DNA of 63,903 nt, the filler included, from Licmophora abbreviata (Eukaryota), in the NCBI GenBank assembly GCA_900291995.1. It is 12 parts of 12 records of this genome, joined end to end, with 100 filler letters (N's around TTAATTAATTAA, not from the genome) between each part and the next. Parts side by side here need not be neighbours in the genome. Positions count along the whole stretch, not along the records: positions 57,227 to 62,337 come from OLMU01004461.1; positions 62,438 to 63,903 come from OLMU01004462.1; 10 more parts are not named here. The stretch is one strand, 5' to 3'. Every line of letters starts with the position of its first letter. The first letter of the stretch is position 1. The notes under the pieces are model-generated. The model was not told the origin of the DNA. It searched no databases and saw only the letters and a list, made by a program, of their open reading frames with translations. Position numbers and translations under genes: made by a program. Below, one piece after another: positions 58,328-63,903 of this stretch.

Positions 58328-59823
58328 TCAATCCCAGTTGTCTGGATTCGTGAATGTGTCGACCGTCAACGGCAGATCTTCATCCATAAAGTGATGACCA
58401 TACAATTGCATTTCAAAGGCTCCCTTTATCTGCTGCCGGATCCATGCATCATCGACGTCATAGAACGCTTCATTCTGCTCCATCCGCAAATAGGGGGCGG
58501 GGCCGATCGTATCGTGCAGTTTAAACCAAATAATGTAGCATGGGTCATACAGCGGACAGTTCTCTTCGGTTCTGCAGCTCAAGCTTCGCGGCGCTTGGGA
58601 ATCGTGAATGCAACAAAATGCATTATAGCAGTCATCGAAGCACTGCGAGAAGGAAGATAATGGATTGTACTTGTCGCAGTGCGCAGGCAATTGGGGATCT
58701 GGACAAGGAAGAGTCCCAGTGCTGCTACACTTGACAAAGCCTTCCATATCAGCTACAGGTGAAAAGGAAGGGCCATCGGAAGGCGCAGTCGCGGTTCCCA
58801 TCGCTGAAGGTACTGCAGACATGTCGAGCGTCGGGCCGGGAGTTTGCCCAGGAGCTGGTGGAAGAGTTGGTGCAGGTGATGGTACAGGTGATGGCACAGG
58901 TGTTGGCGCAGCCGTTGGCGGGGAAACTGGTGCAGGAGTCTGTCCGACCACTGGGGCGAAAGATGGGCTCGGTGTTGGGCCAGGCGTGGGAAAGTCAGTT
59001 GGCCTAGAAGTTGGTGGAGCAGTGGGAGGTGGTATAGGAAGCGGTGTGGGCCCGACTGGGGCAGCACTCGGAGCTCGAGATGACTCGTAGGTGGGTGCGG
59101 CGGAAACCGAAGGTGAGGAGGTGCCGTCGTGACTGTTTCCGTTGCTGCCTTCCTTTTTCCCTGACTTGCTCTCACTTTTCGCACTCGATTTCTTGCCCTT
59201 GCTCTTGCCCTTGCTCTTGTCCTTGCTCTTGCCTTTGCTCTTGCTCTTATTTGTACTGCTTTTACTAGTCTTCTTTCCTCCATTGCCATTGTCGTCTCGT
59301 CTCTTCGGGCGTGTTCGCGGTGCGCGTTTTCGTTTCAGTTGACGTCGAGATGTGCCGGGATCCAATTTAAACTCGGATTCCTCATCTCCTTCTGATCCAC
59401 GCAGGGAGATACTGGTGGGGTGCTCCTTTACTGTATCTTTATTTTGATCGTACCTCTCAAATCGGGTGGGCCACTGAATGGAATCCCCTAGACTCTGGAT
59501 CTCCTTGGCGATTTCGTATATTCCGCGTCGCTGCTCGGACGGAAGAGTAACAGAGAGCACATGTGAGATTCAAGTACTGCCCAATACTATTTGCTCCGTG
59601 AGTCCCTGTCTAACAATAGAATAAATTCGTTGCCGACACTTACAGTGTTTGAGTCAACTCCTGACGCGTCGAGGAAAAGGTCATTCCCAGACACAGCATC
59701 TTGTCGTTCCCCACGGCGAGCAAGCTCCTCGGTCGGTCCCGAGGTTCCTGTTGCAGACACGAAGCCTACCGGCGATCCCAATATCGCAGCAGCGACCAAA
59801 ATCCCTCGTCTAGAATTGCTCAT
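58328..59823 (-). CDS. Secreted protein with RXL site, K/S-rich block, P/T-rich linker and Cys-rich C-terminal domain; exons 59823-59644 and 59530-58328
   Basis: Signal peptide MSNSRRGILVAAAILGSPVGFVSA; GT-AG intron 59643-59531 is in frame. Confidence 0.8.
59192..59247. repeat. Coding 12-bp tandem repeat (CTTGCCCTTGCT-like) encoding (KSKG/KSKD)n
   Basis: About 4-5 imperfect units visible in sequence. Confidence 0.8.
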
Positions 59824-61031
59824 TTTTTCGTCGTCGTCTGGTCGGTTGCAGGGGACACAACACGACCAACGACAAGGTGCAATTTGTGGGATTGATGTTG
59901 GCTTTTGACGACAATTTTGCAAACGCCCTGCAAGCTTCTAAAGTGGGATTCCAGTAATATTTTGTATACTTCTTTGTATAGTATATTTCATCCGTTAGCC
60001 GTTTCGCTACTGTCGCTATGACTTCGATATTAGAATACCTAATGTCTGATTATTTGTGATATAAGCAGTTCTGTACTACCGTCACACGTGAAATGTACAT
60101 ACGGCAGATGTACAAAGCCAACTACCATGTACACCTCAGTAGAAGTGCTACGGATTGCATTCTTAGAGCCTGTCGTACAACCTACACCATTCCAGTACTG
60201 GAATCTTTGAGGCTTCCAAATTTGAAAACCTTGGAGCTTGTTCACTTTTTGTGTTTCTGCATGCACAACACACGCCGAGACTCTTACAGTTTTTCGGTTT
60301 GTACGCCAAAAAGGTTCTTCTGTCATCGATTCGTATCCCATGTAAGATGAAAAGAATATTGCTACACCTTGTGTTCACTGTTTGACGAACTTTCCTGGAA
60401 GAAATCTCCACAGATCGCTCGTTATACCGCCATTTGTGAAAACTTGTCCCGATTCGTCGCGTTTTTCCATGTTTCGGGTCTCTCGACACTTTGCAATAAG
60501 ATATTCTCCTTGAAAGCGAACGTGTAATCCCTCTTATGATAAGAGACTGTGTGGTGACGAGCGCACGCTCCCGGTTGCGATTGTAGCGTCGCTGTTGCGC
60601 TAGTTGCCGTCATGGTGAGGCGAGAAAAAGTGAACGAGATTGCCACCGGATGGGGTTTCGAGGAGAGCACGTAGAACTCTGTAGACTCTGTACCTGGCGC
60701 ACCGTTTCCCGGCCATCAGATGCCTCGGAAGAAGTATACAACTCCTCAGGACTGAATAACTGAATATTTCCTTTCTTGATTTCGCCGAAATGATTGAGTC
60801 GAGCTAGTCAAGAAGGATCGACTCATTGGACTTGAATTTTCACTTCCTTCGCTAAAAGAAACCTATGATACATTTTTTTCATCCCACCCCTCTGTGGTTC
60901 CAGTGCATATCCTAAGTGCCGGCAAATAGTTCTGATCCTTCTGGATAATGTTTGCTCACTTCTTTTTACATTACTGTCCCTCTCCATGCCAGTAGTAAAC
61001 GAACGGAACACCGCTGCCTTGTCAAAAAAGC

Positions 61032-61736
61032 ATGTCAGACGAAGAAGAAGTCCCCGAAGTAGACGCTGCGGAGGAAATCGAAGAGGAGGAAGAAGGAGAA
61101 TTCGAACTGGGGAGTCAAGGTACGCTCTTTCGTGTCTTGTCAGATGCTATCAGGCGAACTAGTAGCGCCTTGGAGAGTGGTGGTCATAGGAAATCTCACC
61201 TCACTGTTTCTATTGACTCCAGATACCGACGAAGAAGAATTGGATGACGATGATGATGAGAACGACTATGACGATGACGATGATGAGCTTGGACAGGACG
61301 GAGTACTAGGGGGTGAGAACGATGATGAGGACGACGACGACGAAGGTCTCTACGATGAGGACGACGATGATGACAGTGATGATGGGGAGGAGCTCGGAAC
61401 TGCTGCACTACTTGGCCCCGATATCCGGTAAGTGGTCGACGCCACGTTGATTGTTGCAAGAGATATGAGCATATCACTGATCATCTGTTCCTTTACGTCT
61501 GGATCAGGGACGAGCAAGATGCGGCTGTAGACTTTGTGCCAAGACAAGGAGACGACGACGATGAGGATGATGTGGTTGAAACCGACGACGAAGAAGAGGA
61601 TGACGAAGATGAAGAAGCGATACTGGACGATGATGATGATGATGACGACGACGAAGATGATTCGGCTCCCCCGGCGAAGAAGCAAAAAGTTGAAGAAGAC
61701 GTAGAAGGGGAAGTTGACAACGAAGACGATGAGTAA
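61032..61736 (+). CDS. Small, extremely acidic protein with a basic NLS-like motif; exons 61032-61119, 61223-61427, 61508-61736
   Basis: Introns 61120-61222 and 61428-61507 (GT-AG) join three D/E-rich pieces in frame; PPAKKQK near the C-terminus. Confidence 0.85.
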
Positions 61737-61800
61737 TACCATGAGAATTTTTTTGCTATCGTACTCTAGAGTAGCTGTACTCTCTACTGGGATGATCTAC

Positions 61801-62593
61801 TCATCTCATGACTCTATATACTCGCATCTCTTCCTTTTCGTATACCACCTCGGCATCCAAAACATTTTCTCTGCTCCCTTCTTTCGCTGTGGGCAGCTTG
61901 AATCGATACGACAACACGTGCGTCCCAACGAAGCACTCTCGCGCCAACTTTTCGCTCAGTGGTCGCATCAACGGGGTTACCCCAAAGATCATTACAGTAC
62001 TGGTATCGGCTGGAAGTCTAGAAAGAAAGAAGTCGGAACGTCGAAACTCAGTTTGTGCTCGGATAGATCGCGGCCATAGAAGATATCGTCGAAAGTGCGA
62101 TATCAAGCACAGCGTCCAATTCAACTCGTAGCCTATCGCTTTGGCAAACGACCCCAAACGGGCTGCCTGAAAGACGGCTTCCCCGTCGCCACTCCCCAAG
62201 TCCACAAAGACGCCTTTACGAGAAGCCAAAGGTATACTCTGAAGAGCACTTTGAATCTTGTGTTTCGGAGTCGCCATGTACGGTAGGGGAGTTCGGAGAA
62301 CGACAAATGGTGCTGTGAGGCCGAGCGTGACTGCTACNNNNNNNNNNNNNNNNNNNNNNNNNNNNNNNNNNNNNNNNNNNNTTAATTAATTAANNNNNNN
62401 NNNNNNNNNNNNNNNNNNNNNNNNNNNNNNNNNNNNNTGGTGCTGTGAGGCCGAGCGTGACTGCTACAAACAGGCCGGCGGAAGCTGCTGCGATCGCCAG
62501 CGAATTGGAGGTCTGCATCGATGGATCGGCACTCGTTGTTGTTCCCGACGATTTCATATCGTTCGGAGAGCTATTCGAGTGCCTCGACGTCAT
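61801..62593 (-). CDS. FAM173-like (ATPSCKMT/ANTKMT-type) class I lysine methyltransferase; crosses a false gap
   Basis: N-terminal TM helix, then LPYMATP, FVDLGSGDG, GYELNWTL, VMIFGV..LM..LSEKL, VLSYRF. Confidence 0.82.
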
Positions 62594-63136
62594 GACGTGG
62601 TCACCAGACGGCGTGGTTCAGAATTACGGTCGACCATCACCGCTAGAAGCCAGAAGAGACTAGACATTGATGGCTTTGTCGATGTTGTACTTTTGAACTT
62701 GATGCCCAGTGTTTGCCGACGCAAGGTTCGATCTTCCCTTCTGAATTCAGAATTCACCACTCATCCGAGCAATGCACTCCCATTTCAAGACAAAAAGCGC
62801 GCGGTTTCGTTGAGAAGCGAGCCGGGCTCGCTTGGAAGAAAATGGATGTTGAATGTTGGTACTCACAACTGTGTAGATTTCTACAGAAGATCTTAAGATT
62901 TTAGGCGTCATCGTGCGTCTGCAGACGATGGACATATCACACAGCACTGCGGCGCAGCGTGAACCGGGAAGTGCTCTTGACAACGACGATTTGTCTTCTC
63001 GCAGGTGATAGCGTGGATACGGCTAGTGTCAAGTTGATCGAGACGAGACGGTCAGAGCTATCTTGGTGCTCTAGAATATCGAAAAGAATCGGTTCTTGAA
63101 CTCTTGCTGTTTTTCGACCAGTACCGACTGCCAAAC

Positions 63137-63889
63137 ATGAGAATCCTTACGGCTCTTCTACTCTTGCCTCTGAGCGAGGCCTTTGTCGCTCCCTCGGGTG
63201 GGATCGGAGACTCCTCTACGCAGCTTTCCATGGCAAGGTACAGGCCGCCAGTGGTGGAGGAGGCTTTGCCGGATACGTCCTCTATTTTGGACTCTGTTCC
63301 GAACGTACCGGACGCCGTGCAGAGTATCACGGATGCTTCCTCGACAAGCTCCCGTGCAGTGCAGGTCCCGACTCTGTCCGAGTACCTCAAAGATCCCAAC
63401 TTTAACTTCCAGGTTCGACCTGCCTCCAGTGGCGCATCCTGGGACGAAACGGTTTCTAGAGTCGGTGAGAAGTTTCTCGTCATGAAGCAGAACTTTCTTA
63501 CTCTATTTGGCATGGATGGTGCGGATATTCCGAAAATCAACATTCCGAGTATGAGGATGCCGTCCGTCGACTTGAAAGCTGCGAATCTTGGTGACGGTGC
63601 TGACAAACTGCTTGAGAGCTTGAACGTTCAAGAGTATGGTACTTGGTACCTGGCAGGAGCTGCCTTTCTGCTTGCAGCGAGGCAACGCTCCGCTGGCGCG
63701 GGAGCCGCAAAGAAGCAGTATGAAGGCAAACTGGCAATCGCCGAGACAAAGGCCGTGCAGGCAGCCGAGGCGGCATCTGTGGCGGCGAAGGGTGCCACCA
63801 TGGCAAAGAAGATGGCCAGCAAGGCTGACGTCAAAACTGGGGAGTATCTGTTGGAAGCGACGAAGGTTAGGGCTATGGAAGTCGAAAAG
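63137..63889 (+). CDS. First exon of a plastid-targeted hypothetical protein, continuing beyond the window (absent from the supplied ORF track)
   Basis: MRILTALLLLPLSEA-FVAP presequence; open frame to a GTGAGT donor at 63890. Confidence 0.75.
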
Positions 63890-63903
63890 GTGAGTTGGGC
63901 TTT

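Noticed and set aside
60039..60670. Short minus-strand ORFs in the intergenic region upstream of the K/S-rich gene
   Set aside because: No recognisable motifs or convincing splice structure; needs transcript evidence.

Overview
Gene-dense eukaryotic nuclear sequence, most likely from a diatom or related ochrophyte. Evidence: short GT-AG introns of about 70-230 nt, bipartite plastid presequences with ASAFAP-type cleavage sites (SEA-FVAP, ARA-FVAP, VSA-WVP), and RXL/KxxK-type secreted proteins. The window is a scaffold of 12 contigs joined by 11 artificial 100-nt spacers (N44-TTAATTAATTAA-N44); three joins duplicate flanking sequence. About 32 protein-coding genes are supported. Most are housekeeping: CAF-1 large subunit, PEX5, SNF1/AMPK-alpha, CDC45, ADAT1, ProRS, BCKDH E1-alpha, two Oxa1/YidC insertases, an Msp1-like AAA ATPase, MANF and several glycosyltransferases. 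No rRNA, tRNA, CRISPR array or recognisable transposon was seen. The most unusual items lie at about 6.5-18.5 kb: (1) a spliced gene fusing an STN7/Stt7-like kinase C-lobe, a PDZ-like domain and a PP2C phosphatase; (2) a CinA/PncC-like domain fused to NudC, two consecutive NAD-recycling steps; (3) a 7-TM protein with the architecture of gustatory-receptor-like ion channels (7TMICs); (4) a tandem degenerate + intact PhyH-family dioxygenase; (5) a type-I membrane protein with cytosolic GDW repeats. All family assignments come from reading motifs by eye; no database searches were run.
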